The notes beneath the pieces were generated by a model, which did no database searches, was not told where the DNA came from, and saw only the letters and a program-made list of their open reading frames with translations. DNA of 63,641 nucleotides, the filler included, from Octopus bimaculoides (lineage: Eukaryota): the NCBI RefSeq assembly GCF_001194135.2. It is 6 parts of 6 records of this genome, joined end to end, with 100 filler letters (N's around TTAATTAATTAA, not from the genome) between each part and the next. Parts side by side here need not be neighbours in the genome. Positions count along the whole stretch, not along the records: positions 1 to 25,407 come from NC_068987.1; 5 more parts are not named here. One strand, given 5' to 3'. Shown here piece after piece: positions 1 through 12,182 of the stretch. The position numbers were made by a program, and so were the translations under genes. How positions within the stretch are numbered: the first letter of the stretch is position 1; each line of letters begins with the position of its first letter.

Positions 1-586
1 ATGTATGTATGTATGTATGTATGTATGTAGGCACACACAAACACACACATATATATGCATATATTGACACACCCATTTCACACACACACGCATGTACACA
101 CACACACACACACACAATTGTGGAAGAGCTTAGTTCTTTCTCTAAAGCACATACTAATACACTTCTATTTACATTTGTTTCACTTTACAGCAATGTATAG
201 TATAAAGTGTCACGTATATGTGTATATGTGTATGGAGATGTATGTGTGTGTGTATATGTTTGAGTGTCTGTGTAACTGTGTGTGTGTGTGTGTGTACATA
301 TATATGTGAATGTAAGCATGTAAACATATATATATATATNNNNNNNNNNNNNNNNNNNNNNNNNNNNNNNNNNNNNNNNNNNNNNNNNNNNNNNNNNNNN
401 NNNNNNNNNNNNNNNNNNNNNNNNNNNNNNNNNNNNNNNNNNNNNNNNNNNNNNNNNNNNNNNNNNNNNNNNNNNNNNNNNNNNNNNNNNNNNNNNNNNN
501 NNNNNNNNNNNNNNNNNNNNNNNNNNNNNNNNNNNNNNNNNNNNNNNNNNNNNNNNNNNNNNNNNNNNNNNNNNNNNNNNNNNNNN

Positions 587-619
<33 letters not shown>

Positions 620-940
620 TAGCCATCGCATTCCTGTATTTAATTAAAAAACGAGACGTGGCTTGGAGGACTAGAATGGGGAATCTTTGTCAGAAATCTG
701 GTACAATCAAATCCAGACATCTTTGAAACACCCCGAAAAATAAAAAAAAACCAATATCAAAGTAAAATGGAAAGAAGCGCTGTTTCAGAGTGTCACTTCT
801 CACACTTTCGTTCGCTCCCATATATGAATAGTTGGGGTCGAAGTTTGGCAGAGTCCGAAAATCTACCAGCGTTGTTGTTGATGCCATTGTTGTGTAGCCC
901 AAAGTCGGCACTCTTGAGCAAACCAATTTTTTAATCATTT

Positions 941-1302
941 TATTTTTTTCAGTGATTTTGACTGCGGCCATGCTGCAGCACCACCTTTAGTCGAACAAAT
1001 CGACCCCAGAATTTATTCTTTGTAAGCCTAGTACTTATTCTATCGGTAATTCATCCTATATCGCTAAGTAACGGAGACCTAAACACACCTACATCGTTTT
1101 CAAGCGATGGTGGGAGGAAAACACAGACGCGCAAACATCGACGGGCTTCTTTCAGTTTCCGCCTACCAAATCCACTCACAGTACTTTGGTTGGCCCGAGA
1201 TTATAGTACAAGACACTTACCCAAAGTTCCACGCTGTGGGACTGAACCCGGAATCATGTGGTTGGTAAGCAAGCTTCTTACCACAAACCCACTCCTGCTC
1301 CT
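941..1302 (-). mobile_element. tRNA-derived SINE, family A (tRNA-like head, conserved body, internal CA/TA microsatellite site)
   Basis: Body ttcagtttccgNctaccaaatccactcaca...gggactgaacccggaaNcatgtggttggtaagc recurs at 10436-10735, 17565-18250, 20014-20424, 24892-25050 and 26548-26695; minus-strand head has A/B-box-like motifs. Confidence 0.85.
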
Positions 1303-1337
1303 ATGCCCATTTTTTTTAAATAACCATCCATCTAACC

Positions 1338-1677
1338 TAGTGGTTCTCAACCGGGGTCCATAAAGCCCCTGTGGGTCCACGTAAGATTTTGTGGGATCCA
1401 CGCATCAAAATAGTAAATTGTGGGACCCACAATAGTATTTCAAGGGCTCCTAACAAAATTTTGCTTTAGATGTATGTGTTGATATGTATTACAAGAAATA
1501 TCTAGGTTTCTTTCTCTAACATCCAACCCACACAAGTTGATTTGTGAAATGCAAAACAGGAATTTAGAAAGCAGATTCTATATAACTAATTTTTAAACAT
1601 CGACCAGCTATGGTGATACACCAGAATAAAATCATAATCAAAGGGTTCAATATGTAAAAAATGTTTGGGAACCCCTG
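1338..1677. mobile_element. Non-autonomous hAT-type MITE
   Basis: Ends tagtggttctcaacc and gtttgggaacccctg resemble the CAGTGGTTCTCAA/CAGGGGTTCCCAA hAT TIR type; 8-bp flanks atctaacc (1330-1337) and atctaaat (1678-1685) match 6/8. Confidence 0.7.
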
Positions 1678-2110
1678 ATCTAAATTGTATACACACACAC
1701 GCATGCAAACACGCATAAGCACATATATAAATTTATATAGTAGTAGTAGTAGTAGTAGTAGTAGTAGATATATAAACAGGGCAAATTTAATAATTTCTTC
1801 GTAGATCTAAAAAAAATTATAAGCAGCTTTAAGCGATTTTCGCGCCTTATTGATCTCTCATCAGTGGTGTTTACATCAGTTTGACCAATCCCAGAGAAAA
1901 AAAGCAATCATACTGTTTATATACTCAACAAATCCAGCAGCTACAGAAAACTGGAGCTCCTACTTTACATACTGTAAATTATTAGCACTTCATTTAATAT
2001 CAGTAGCCTGTATATTCATTATTATCGGCGAATGCTGCGTTATTTTAAAACGACGTTCTGTATATCTTACTTAACATGGATATATTGTATAGAAGGCCCC
2101 AAAACTGCAT

Positions 2111-2374
2111 TATTCTTCTTGAGAAAACATCTCATATAGGCGTGTATTGCTAAAACGACCAGATGAATACCAGTAGCAGGTCAAAATCAATCGAATTTCT
2201 CTAAGCATGCAGTTTCTAAGGAATGCTTGCTACTGATGACGAGCAACAACGTGGCAATCCTATGTTAGCAATTCCACCGCCGCTCCTGGACGATTTTCGT
2301 TTGCTGCAAATATTACTCACAATTTCTTTTTTTTGGATTATATGTCTATACAAGACGCTTTCTTGAGATGAATA
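2111..2374. mobile_element. Possible old MITE (36-bp imperfect terminal inverted repeats)
   Basis: 2111-2146 versus the reverse complement of 2339-2374 matches 26/36, with nearly all mismatches being transitions; no TSD seen. Confidence 0.3.
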
Positions 2375-2499
2375 CCACAGCTATGTGGCTTTGTACTGTG
2401 TATCCACGGTAATTAAGATATACAGAATGTTGTGTGTGTGCGTGTGTGTCTGTCTGTTTGTGTATGTGTGTATACATGCATACTTAAGCCTAGTGGTAG

Positions 2500-2868
2500 T
2501 CCGTCGTTGGACAGGTCCTAAGCATGTGAACCCCTACCAGTACTCTCTACATGACCTGGGAGGCTCCATACCCGTTCCCTGCTGCCGTTAGATAGATTAC
2601 TGGAACGTCGGTTATCATGACTAGACATGGAATGAAAACTGGAATGGTTTCCCCGTTGCCTTCCCCAGGCAAAAGGGATCTCATCTGAGAATGTAGAAAG
2701 CCGCCAGATATACTGCAAAGCATCTCTGTCGATGCGCCAACGATTTTTCCACTTTCCCAGAGCAACGTGAAATGAAGTGTTTTGCTCAAGAACACAGCAC
2801 ACCGCTCGTTCCAGGAATCCAACCTACGATCTAGCGATCGTGAGGGCAACACTAGTCCATGAGCCTTC
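2500..2868 (-). mobile_element. tRNA-derived SINE (Arg-like head), diverged
   Basis: Minus head gaaggctcatggactagtgttg...ggttggattcctgg followed by gtgttcttgagcaaaacacttcatttcacgttgct; same family as 3520-3821. Confidence 0.7.
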
Positions 2869-2909
<41 letters not shown>

Positions 2910-2942
2910 CAACAACAACGACGACGACGACGACGACGATGT

Positions 2943-3036
<94 letters not shown>
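2869..3036. repeat. Compound trinucleotide array (AAT)n-(AAC)n-(GAC)n-(GAT)n-(AAT)n
   Basis: Read directly from the sequence. Confidence 0.97.
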
Positions 3037-3190
3037 CTTTTCTACTCTAGGTACAAGGCCCGAAATATTGGGAGAGGAGCCAGTCGATTAGATCGACCCG
3101 AGTACGCAACTGGTACTTAATTTATCGACCCCGAAATACAGCTAAGCATTTCGCCCGGCGTGCTAACGTTTCTGACAGTTCACCACCTTA
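3037..3190 (-). mobile_element. tRNA-derived SINE, family B (core resembles the MetaSINE domain), internally shortened
   Basis: Shares tagatcgaccc...caactggtacttaatttatcgaccccgaa and ctaagcatttcgcccggcgtgctaacgtttctg with 10190-10420, 19410-19575, 23815-24030 and 32953-33186. Confidence 0.8.
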
Positions 3191-3519
3191 TGAAGATGAT
3201 GATGATGATGATGATGGTGCCGCCTTCCATACTGTTGATTTATTTAATTTCATACAAGGGTGACACACGGGAGGACAAGAGCTTGCTAATTTATATAACG
3301 TTTAACAATCGCTGTGGACTAAATACATTTTGAACGAAGTATATATTTGCTTTACTTCCCGACACAAATCTTACGACTGCAATAACATTTCAGACTTATG
3401 TCTGCCTCTAATGAGATGTACGTCTCTTATACGTTTGAAACCATGTTAGCATGGTAAGGGTGTATCTACCCACATACATACTTTATCTATCTATCTATCT
3501 ATCTATCTATCCTACACAT

Positions 3520-3821
3520 GCTCAAATTTCCTGAGAACCCCTTCGGTCATTACCATGGCATTGCACCTAGAAAGTTACCATCCCAGGCACAAGTCCGGGC
3601 AAGGTTGTTTATGGAAGACCAGCAGTCGCCCATGTATACCAGCCTCTCCTCTACAGCTTGGCACCAATGACGTCGCAGCTCATTTCTACAGCTGAGTGAA
3701 CTGGAGCAATGTGAAATTAAGTGTCTTGCTCAAGAACACAACACGCAGTCAGGGCCGGGATTCGAACTCACAACCTCACGATCGTAAGCTCGACGCTCTA
3801 ACCACTGAGCCATGCGCCTTC
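3520..3821 (-). mobile_element. tRNA-derived SINE with intact pol III A/B boxes
   Basis: Minus strand: GAAGGCGCATGGCTCAGTGGTTAGAGC...GAGTTCGAATCCCGG followed by a non-tRNA body. Confidence 0.85.
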
Positions 3822-5203
3822 ACTATATTTATTTATTTATTTATGTGTTTCAGCCAAGTGGCTGCGGTCATGCTGGTGCACCACCGTATATATATNNNNN
3901 NNNNNNNNNNNNNNNNNNNNNNNNNNNNNNNNNNNNNNNNNNNNNNNNNNNNNNNNNNNNNNNNNNNNNNNNNNNNNNNNNNNATATATATATATATATA
4001 TATATATATATACGCAAACACACATACATACACACACATATACACTACATATGCACCTTGACATCTACATATATATGTATATATATGTATATATATATAT
4101 GCGCACGCGTTTGTGTATGTGTATCTGCGTATGTGTGTATGCTCGCACGCAAATGCATGTGTATGTTTATGCAATCATTCTTACGTATACAATCACACAC
4201 ATTTATATACGCATATTCCAAGTCTATAGAATATTTCTTTTAATTAGATTTAATACATACTCTATTCATTTTAATAAAGCATTAATCAGGTAATTATATT
4301 ACTGTATTGCTTAACTAACTTCTTTATTATTGAATTTATAATTAGATATATTAAGCTTTGTGAATAACCGCATACGGCTACGAGTGTATATAGAACGGCA
4401 ACAAAGTCGACTTCACTAATATGTATATATTACTAGTACAGTCTGTTTCATTGAAGCAAATTTTTGTTAGCTTTAAAATATTAGACACCCACACACACAC
4501 ACACACTCACACACACACACTCACACACACACACACACACACACACATACATTGGTAAATACATATGTATGCATGTGCGTGTATATAATTATTCTTACGC
4601 ACGCATTTAAACGCATGCATAAATACATACCTATATATATACGTTNNNNNNNNNNNNNNNNNNNNNNNNNNNNNNNNNNNNNNNNNNNNNNNNNNNNNNN
4701 NNNNNNNNNNNNNNNNNNNNNNNNNNNNNNNNNNNNNNNNNNNNNNNNNNNNNNNNNNNNNNNNNNNNNNNNNNNNNNNNNNNNNNNNNNNNNNNNNNNN
4801 NNNNNNNNNNNNNNNNNNNNNNNNNNNNNNNNNNNNNNNNNNNNNNNNNNNNNNNNNNNNNNNNNNNNNNNNNNNNNNNNNNNNNNNNNNNNNNNNNNNN
4901 NNNNNNNNNNNNNNNNNNNNNNNNNNNNNNNNNNNNNNNNNNNNNNNNNNNNNNNNNNNNNNNNNNNNNNNNNNNNNNNNNNNNNNNNNNNNNNNNNNNN
5001 NNNNNNNNNNNNNNNNNNNNNNNNNNNNNNNNNNNNNNNNNNNNNNNNNNNNNNNNNNNNNNNNNNNNNNNNNNNNNNNNNNNNNNNNNNNNNNNNNNNN
5101 NNNNNNNNNNNNNNNNNNNNNNNNNNNNNNNNNNNNNNNNNNNNNNNNNNNNNNNNNNNNNNNNNNNNNNNNNNNNNNNNNNNNNNNNNNNNNNNNNNNN
5201 NNN

Positions 5204-5238
<35 letters not shown>

Positions 5239-5526
5239 TATATATATATATGGGCGTGTATATGTATATGTTTATATAAACACACACATGGACACACATA
5301 AACACACACATACGTACAGTGTGTATGTGTGTGTTTATGTATCAGTTTCACTGTTTGAGTGAGTGTACGAATATATTTCTATGCTGACAAACGCATGTCT
5401 ATCTATCTACCTCTCTATCTATCTATCAATCTAGCTATCAATCCGTTTGACTATCTATCTATCTATTAGTATCCCTGTCTGTCTGCCTATCTGTCTGCCT
5501 CAGTCTGATTATCTATCAATCTATAA

Positions 5527-5557
<31 letters not shown>

Positions 5558-6280
5558 CATCTCTCTATTGGCAGATGTATGCGTGAACTTGTGTGCCTCT
5601 CTGTCTGTGTAATGCGTTTGTATGAGAAACATAACTGTGTTTATTAAACATACAAACTAAAAACCTCCACGAAAGTCCATAAACGACACAATTCATCGAG
5701 CAGACGATGGGAAAAACATTTGACCCTGGGCATTTTGTGTGCGGTTCATAGGTTTAACTTTTGTTGCCTGATGTTTGTTCCGTGTGAATTTTCTGCATGT
5801 TTTGCTGTTGGACAAAAGAACACAAGATTATATATTAAGTAGCGACATGTTTTTTTCACACACACATGTCGGAAATATTACAAATATTCACTGATTTTCC
5901 CTCACACAGGTTATTTCTTGAAAAGTGCAGACAAGTTTGCTAGCCTGCATTTAGTGTTAGAAATGTGTTTGTATATTTACATTATGTATGAGAGTGTAGC
6001 TCTGTGTGTATGTTTATTTGTATGTACGCACGTGTATACATATATCTCATTTATTTTTCACTTGTTTTAGTCATTAGGCTACGGTCATGCTGGTGCAAAG
6101 CCTTGAAGAATTTTTTTTCAGTCGGTTGTGTCGACCCCTAGTACTCACTCTTTAAAATGCTAGTACTTATTCTATCGGTATCATTTGCTGAACCGCTATG
6201 CCGCCGAGACGTAAACAACAAGCGATGAGGGTGGAATGAACATAGAGACAAAGGCACACATTCATAGCTGTGTATATATG

Positions 6281-6323
<43 letters not shown>

Positions 6324-6332
6324 GTTTGTGTG

Positions 6333-6427
<95 letters not shown>

Positions 6428-6800
6428 GGGCACACACATATGTGTGTATATATATCTGTGTGCGTATGTCTGTGTGTGTATCGGTGTAAGCAGCCATCAA
6501 GCCTAAAGACAGGAATCACAGCCCGACCAAATTCTTGACCACACCCTCACGCTTGACTGCCACAGCCAGTCTCCAAAGGTCTACACACGCTTTAAGGCCT
6601 TTCAGTCCGAACACTCCGCCACCACCACCACCAGCTGTATTTACATTAGATTCTTTGTACTTTTTATTATTTTTTCAATCACTTCCAGACCACAGGTTTC
6701 CTCATGCCACCAATGTGTGTGAATAACTAGCGACACACCAGCAACACCTAACTTGAAGCGAAAACGAAAAGTAAATCTTATAAATCTTGAAGTATACTAC

Positions 6801-6903
6801 GTCACCTGATGACGCTCCCTGCACTGTGTGATACATCTGATGTTGTTACATCGCTCCTCACCCATTAGGGAGCAGTGAAGAAAACCGAAACGACTGTTGT
6901 GCT
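6801..6903 (+). ncRNA. Degenerate hammerhead-like motif
   Basis: CTGATGA (6806-6812), stem GCTCCCT/AGGGAGC (6814-6820/6867-6873), GAAAC (6887-6891), GTT triplet (6896-6898), GTCAC/GTGCT helix-I-like pair. A 13-nt extra segment before GAAA makes it non-canonical. Confidence 0.3.
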
Positions 6904-7204
6904 AAGTAAGGCCTCTAGTTACACTCCGTCTTCCGTATTAATCATTTAATATAAAAGACAAACAGCAACAAGAAAAAACAGCATCGTGAGGACGTGGTAC
7001 ATGCAAAGCATTAACAGACGCTCAGAGAAGGAAAGAAAGGTAGTTTTACATTTCAAGCAAGGCTCTTCTTCTGAAACTGGAGACAGAGGAATAAAGTACA
7101 AGAGAAAAGGAAGACGGAGGAAAAAATCGCAGACACACTATTTCACAAATGCACGCACACACACACATATACGCACGCACACATACTAGTATACACACAT
7201 GTAA

Positions 7205-7582
7205 TTTGTCGTTGTTGGCACTCCGTCGCTTACGACGTCGAGGGTTCCAGTTGATTCGATCAACGGAACAGCCTGCTCGGTGAAATTAACGTGCAAGTGG
7301 CTGAGCACTCCACAGACACGTGTACCCTTAACGTAGTTCTCGGGGACATTCAGCGTGACACAGTGTGCTAAGTAAGGCCTCTAGTTACACAGGAAGTAAG
7401 AGTGAGAGAAAGTTGTGGTGAAAGAGTACAGCAGGGTTCGCCACCATCCCCTACCGGAGCCTCGTGGAGCTTTTAGGTGTTTTCGCTCAATAAACACTCA
7501 CAACGCCCGTTCTGGGAATCGAAACCACGATCCTATGACCTTGAGTCCGCTGCCCTAACCACTGGGCCATTGCGCCTCCACT
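7205..7582 (-). mobile_element. tRNA-derived SINE, near full length
   Basis: Minus head gtggaggcgcaatggcccagtggttagggcagcggactc...ggtttcgattccc; long unique body; many CpGs retained. Confidence 0.85.
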
Positions 7583-7877
7583 ATGTAATTTAAGAGTACA
7601 GTTAATAGTGGATACCTGCTGCCGTTGACACGCAAATACGCAGAAATATTGCGATCTAGCAATTCCATCGCCGCTGCTGAAAATTTTTTTTTGTTCTTCT
7701 GATACTTCTGATACATATGTCGTGTGGCACACTTGTTCACTTGTACGATTTAATTGAGGGACTAAGCTAATGTACAGAACATATCTTTGATCACTATAAA
7801 CAAATCATTTGTGCAAATCGTTCAGCAAATACTGAATACTTATACGCCGTCTTCGACGGAAATCCATTTATTGTTCC

Positions 7878-8095
7878 TAAAGCGGCGAGCTGGCCGAATC
7901 GTTAGCACGGTGGACGAAATGCTTAGCGATATTTCGCCCGCGGCTCCTTTCTGAGTTCAAATTTCGCCGGGATCGACTTTGCTTTTCATCCTTCGGGGTC
8001 GATAAAGTAAGTATCAGTGAAACACTGGGGGTCAATGTGACCGACTCATCCCCTCCCCCAAAACTGCTGCCCTTGTGACAAAATTTGAAACCACT

Positions 8096-8098
<3 letters not shown>
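7878..8098 (+). mobile_element. SINE family B
   Basis: aaagcggcgagctggc head, ttttcatccttcggggtcgataaagtaagtatcag core, (ATT)n tail. Confidence 0.85.
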
Positions 8099-8139
<41 letters not shown>

Positions 8140-8329
8140 CATCATCATCATCATCATCATCATCATTCTCATTATTATCTTTCTCGCTTTCTCTATTAAT
8201 TTAAATATTATCAGGAAATGTATATAAAAATTGTTGAGGAATATTTTGTGTATTGACGAAGTACAANNNNNNNNNNAGAAACATTGGTTTCGATACAGTT
8301 CTTTACATTTGAACAATAATAATAATAAT

Positions 8330-8510
8330 AATAAAAATAAAAATGATAATAATAACAATAACATCGAAAAATACCTTAGGAATAAGAATCCAGGTTCGAA
8401 ATCTACCTAAGACACCTGAAGAAGGCTGGAGGGTATAACAGCTGAAACGTTGTGCTAACAACAAACAAGATGAGCACAAATATCCGTCGAATGTAAATAA
8501 TGTAAATAAT
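8330..8510 (+). mobile_element. Short interspersed repeat next to an (AAT)n tract carrying a hammerhead motif (Penelope-pLTR-like, non-autonomous)
   Basis: aaaaataccttagg...acctgaagaaggctgg...gaaacgttgtgctaacaacaaacaagatgag...tatccgtcgaatgtaaat; a diverged inverted copy lies at about 11620-11775. Confidence 0.65.
8411..8456 (+). ncRNA. Minimal type I hammerhead ribozyme candidate
   Basis: Helix I GACAC/GTGCT; core CTGAAGA (8416-8422) plus one extra A; helix II GGCTG/CAGCT; GAAA (8444-8447); palindromic ACGT in place of helix III; GTT cleavage triplet. Confidence 0.6.
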
Positions 8511-9224
8511 CGGTTTCGATATTGTACTTAGTACATCAATTGTCATACCAGTAATTATTACTGCAGCAACAATAACAACTACAGCAACTTCCGGTACAAC
8601 TGTCGATGTTATTGTGGTTATTGCTACGACCGATCCGGCAGGGGACAATGTTGCTTTTGGTGCTCTTTCAGGAGTGTTTGTCGCTTCTATTACCGTTGCT
8701 ATGATGCTACTGCTACTGCAGTGCTTCTTTGCACTAATACTGTTGCTGTAGATGTCGCTGCTGCTGCGGCGGCAAAATAACGACAAATAAAAAAAAAATG
8801 GCGAATGAGAGACAAATCCGTGCAGCCATTTTTTTTTTCTTTTTTTTTTTTTTTTTTTCAAAACGCAGAACACAGAAAACTAATGTGTTTGTCAGTAGTG
8901 ATTTTCAGTGATCGTAGGAGTGAGAATACGGACCAATGAACCATGGATAACAAATTAATGATTTTGGAGATGGTCATTTGTACGTGAATTATGTGTCGGT
9001 CGCAACGAGTGCGGTTGATGGTTGTGTTCTTTTATTATTTGTTTCTGTTTTTGTTTTTGTTTAGTTTTTTTTTTTTTGTTTTGTCTGTTTGTTGTTTATA
9101 TTACACACGTCTAGAGACTGGCTGAGTAGTATGAAAGGGTGGTGGGTGGAGTAGATAATGAAGGATAGAGCAAAACGAAGGAAAGAAGAAAGAAATATTG
9201 CTGAGAGAACATTCTATTCAAAGA

Positions 9225-9236
9225 TACGCGTGCATA

Positions 9237-9290
<54 letters not shown>

Positions 9291-9805
9291 AATACATATA
9301 TATACATATAAATATATGGACACACACATATATGTATGTACATGTGTACACAAAGAGCGACATATATATATACATATATACATACACTCGCGCACACACA
9401 TATGTATATATAATGATATATACATATAATTACATGAAATATATAAATATCTATATAGGTATGTATTATATGGCTTCATTACAGTATCAAAAAGTGCAGA
9501 CCACTCAATAGAACGTGAATGTGTGTATATGTGTGTTTGTGCGTGTGTGTGTATGTGTGTGTATGTGTGTGTGTATATATATATTTGTGTGTGTGTATAT
9601 GTGTGTGTGTATGTATGTGTGTGAGTGTATGTGTGTGTGTATGTGTGTGTGTATATGTGTGTATTTGTGTGCATGTGTATGTATATGTGTGTTTGTGTGT
9701 ATGTGTGTATTCGTGTGTATGTGTGTGTATGGGTGTGTATTTGTGTGTGTATGTGTGTGTATTTGTGTGTGTATTTGTGTGTGTATGTGTGTGTGTGTGT
9801 GTGTG
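9225..9805. repeat. Mosaic (CA)n/(TA)n/(GTGTGTAT)n microsatellite field
   Basis: Read directly; source of the HT/CV/YI junk ORFs. Confidence 0.95.
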
Positions 9806-10189
9806 GTAATACAAATTGCAGAATCATTACCATGCCTACTAATTGTTTCTTGTCTCAGGGACAAAAATATGCCATGCCTTTAAAGTTATTTTGAATCTAG
9901 TATAAACGGTTTATGCTATAGTTAGGAAGCAGTCCGTTGCCCGGGTAGAACTAAATATATTTCCCCATCACGATAGAATGAATCTCATGAGTTCTTATGA
10001 AGAAAAATAGTAATCAAATGTAGATCAAAACAAGAAAGATAGATTAATATAGCAATTGTATAGACTTGAGAATGCAGTAATCAGCCGCCTTATCACGATT
10101 CACCTATTACGCCCTCAGTACATCGCGGATTTTTCTGGCTAATATATGTAAATTTATATCGCGGAATTCCCAGTTTATCACAGGTTTCA

Positions 10190-10420
10190 TATTTCTTTAT
10201 TGCCCACAAGGGGCTAAACATAGAGGAAACAAACAAGGACAGACAAAGGGATTAAGACAATTACATCGACTCCAGTGCGTAACTGGTACTTAATTTATCG
10301 ACCCCGAAGGGATGAAAGGCAAAGTTGACCTCGGCGGAATTTGAACTCAGAACGTAACGGCAGACGAAATACCGCTAAGCATTTCATCCGGCGTGCTAAC
10401 GTTTCTGCCAGCTCACCGCC
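10190..10420 (-). mobile_element. SINE family B, CpG-rich copy
   Basis: Full family-B body with tail tttctttattgcccacaaggggctaaacatagagg; 14 CpGs in 10261-10420. Confidence 0.9.
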
Positions 10421-10435
10421 AGTTTTATCGCAGGT

Positions 10436-10735
10436 TTCTTCTACTATAGCCTCGGGCCGACCATAGCTTTATGAGTGGATTTGGTAGACGGAAATTGAAA
10501 GAAGCCCGTCGTGTATATGTATATATATGTGTGTGTTTGTGTGTCTGTGTTTGTCCCCCCAACATCGCTTGACAACCGATGCTGGTGTGTTTACGTCCCC
10601 ATAACTTAGCGGTTCGGCAAAAGAGACCGATAGAATAAGTACTAGGCTTACAAAAAATAAGCCCTGGAATGGATTTGTTCGAGTAAATGCGGTGCTCCAG
10701 CATGGCCGCAGTCAAATGACTGAAACAAGTAAAAG
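10436..10735 (+). mobile_element. SINE family A, 5'-truncated
   Basis: ttctactatagcctcgggccgacc...gaaagaagcccgtcg, then (TA/TG)n, then gcggtgctccagcatggccgcagtcaaatgactgaaacaagtaaaa. Confidence 0.9.
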
Positions 10736-11619
10736 CGAGTAAAAGAGAGAGAGAGAGAGTACTGTTTCTACTTCGCGGATTTTCACCTACCGCAGTGGAT
10801 TTTCGAACGTAACACCCGCGATAGTCGAGGCATTACTGTATAACTGGATCACCAACAGTAAAATGGTGACAAGAGTGAAAAGCTAGAAAGACAGAAAGAT
10901 TTCAAAACAGAGAATTTACAATTAGTGCCTGAGTTCATTTAAGTTTTTGGAATTCTCGTTTACCTCTTCTTTCGTTTTTCGAAACCCTTTTCTATTGTTA
11001 TGCTTTATCTTGTATGTTTAATATTGTATGTTTTATATGTTACTAATTTTAGTCGGTAGTCTGTGGCCATGCTGCGTCACTGCCTTCTACTTAAAAATAA
11101 GTATTTTACTTTTTAAAGTTTGGTTCTTGTTCTATCGGTCTCTCTTTGCCAAACTGCTACTGTACCAGGACGTAAACAAACCATTACTGGTCGTCAAACG
11201 GTGCCGGAAACAAACGCGCGTGCGCGCACATACATACACACACACACACACACATATTTATTTTCGTTCAGCGCCTGGCAGTCGTCGTAGGGGTGTCCTG
11301 TGTCAACAAATATCATTCGTAGCAGACGTTCTCTCAACATCGTCCACACGCGCCTGACTCGGGCTCGGAAGTTACAGCCCGAGTTGTTATCTATAATCGT
11401 AAATATTAAAAGTAATTCAAATTCTATGTTGTCTTGAAACAATAAATTTCGAAAGAGACCAGGATGAATAAAAGGAGCCCGAGTTATTGGCCGAAGTCCA
11501 TGTCAGCAGAAATTAAATCAGTTTGCAAATACACGTTCACTTTACTAAATTTATACTCGGACTAAGCCCGAACAGCCCAAGTGCCGGAATCGCCATTGAT
11601 ACACATATATTTATATTAA

Positions 11620-11775
11620 TACATTAATTACATTGATTACATTGGACGGATATGTATCGTCATCTTGTTTGTTGTTACCACAACGTTTTGGCTAATTTAC
11701 TCTCCAGGTTTTGTCAGGGGTCATAGTGGAATTTTGAACCCACCCATGGGTTCTCAGTCCTAAGGTATTTTTTAT
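11620..11775 (-). mobile_element. Decayed copy of the hammerhead-bearing repeat at 8330-8510
   Basis: Reverse complement reads aaaaataccttagg...cctgacaaaacctgg...gccaaaacgttgtggtaacaacaaacaagatgac...tatccgtccaatg; the catalytic core is mutated. Confidence 0.6.
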
Positions 11776-11780
11776 GTTAA

Positions 11781-11850
<70 letters not shown>

Positions 11851-11856
<6 letters not shown>

Positions 11857-12110
11857 TAGTTTTATTTTTATAGCGTGCTTTCACTTCACTACCGAGCGCA
11901 GCTCTGTGTGCCTTGGGTATGTGCTGTGGTTTGCTGTGGTGCTCTTATGTTTACTGTATTGAAAGTGTTTTGCATAGAATGTGTGCAGTGCCCAGTAGTG
12001 CAATTTTCTGTATGTTATATATATTTGTAAGTCCTGGTGTTTTTGTTATGTATTTGTCTGAATATTTTTTTATTATACCTAAGGCACCTACTATGATAGG
12101 AATTGTTTCT
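11851..12110 (-). mobile_element. 3' end of an R4/Dong-type (REL-endonuclease) non-LTR retrotransposon inside an (AAT)n microsatellite
   Basis: 12109-11951 translates ETIPIIVGALGIIKKYSDKYITKTPGLTNIYNIQKIALLGTAHILCKTLSIQ*, typical of the REL C-terminus (VGALG...QK..LLGTA.IL), then a 3' UTR; (ATT)n on both sides. Confidence 0.8.
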
Positions 12111-12120
12111 ATCATTATTA

Positions 12121-12182
<62 letters not shown>

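Noticed and set aside
3750-3821. tRNA-like sequence with good A and B boxes (also about 7510-7582)
   Set aside because: No acceptor-stem pairing, and it continues into a repeated SINE body; these are SINE heads, not tRNA genes.
8760-8830. AAAATGGCG YY1-like motif in a CpG-retaining patch (also near 12617)
   Set aside because: Short motif expected by chance; no associated first exon found.
8403-8873. 156-aa minus ORF rich in S/T/V/A/I, and a similar stretch at 15415-15696
   Set aside because: Decayed trinucleotide low-complexity sequence starting in a poly-A tract; no splice or domain support.
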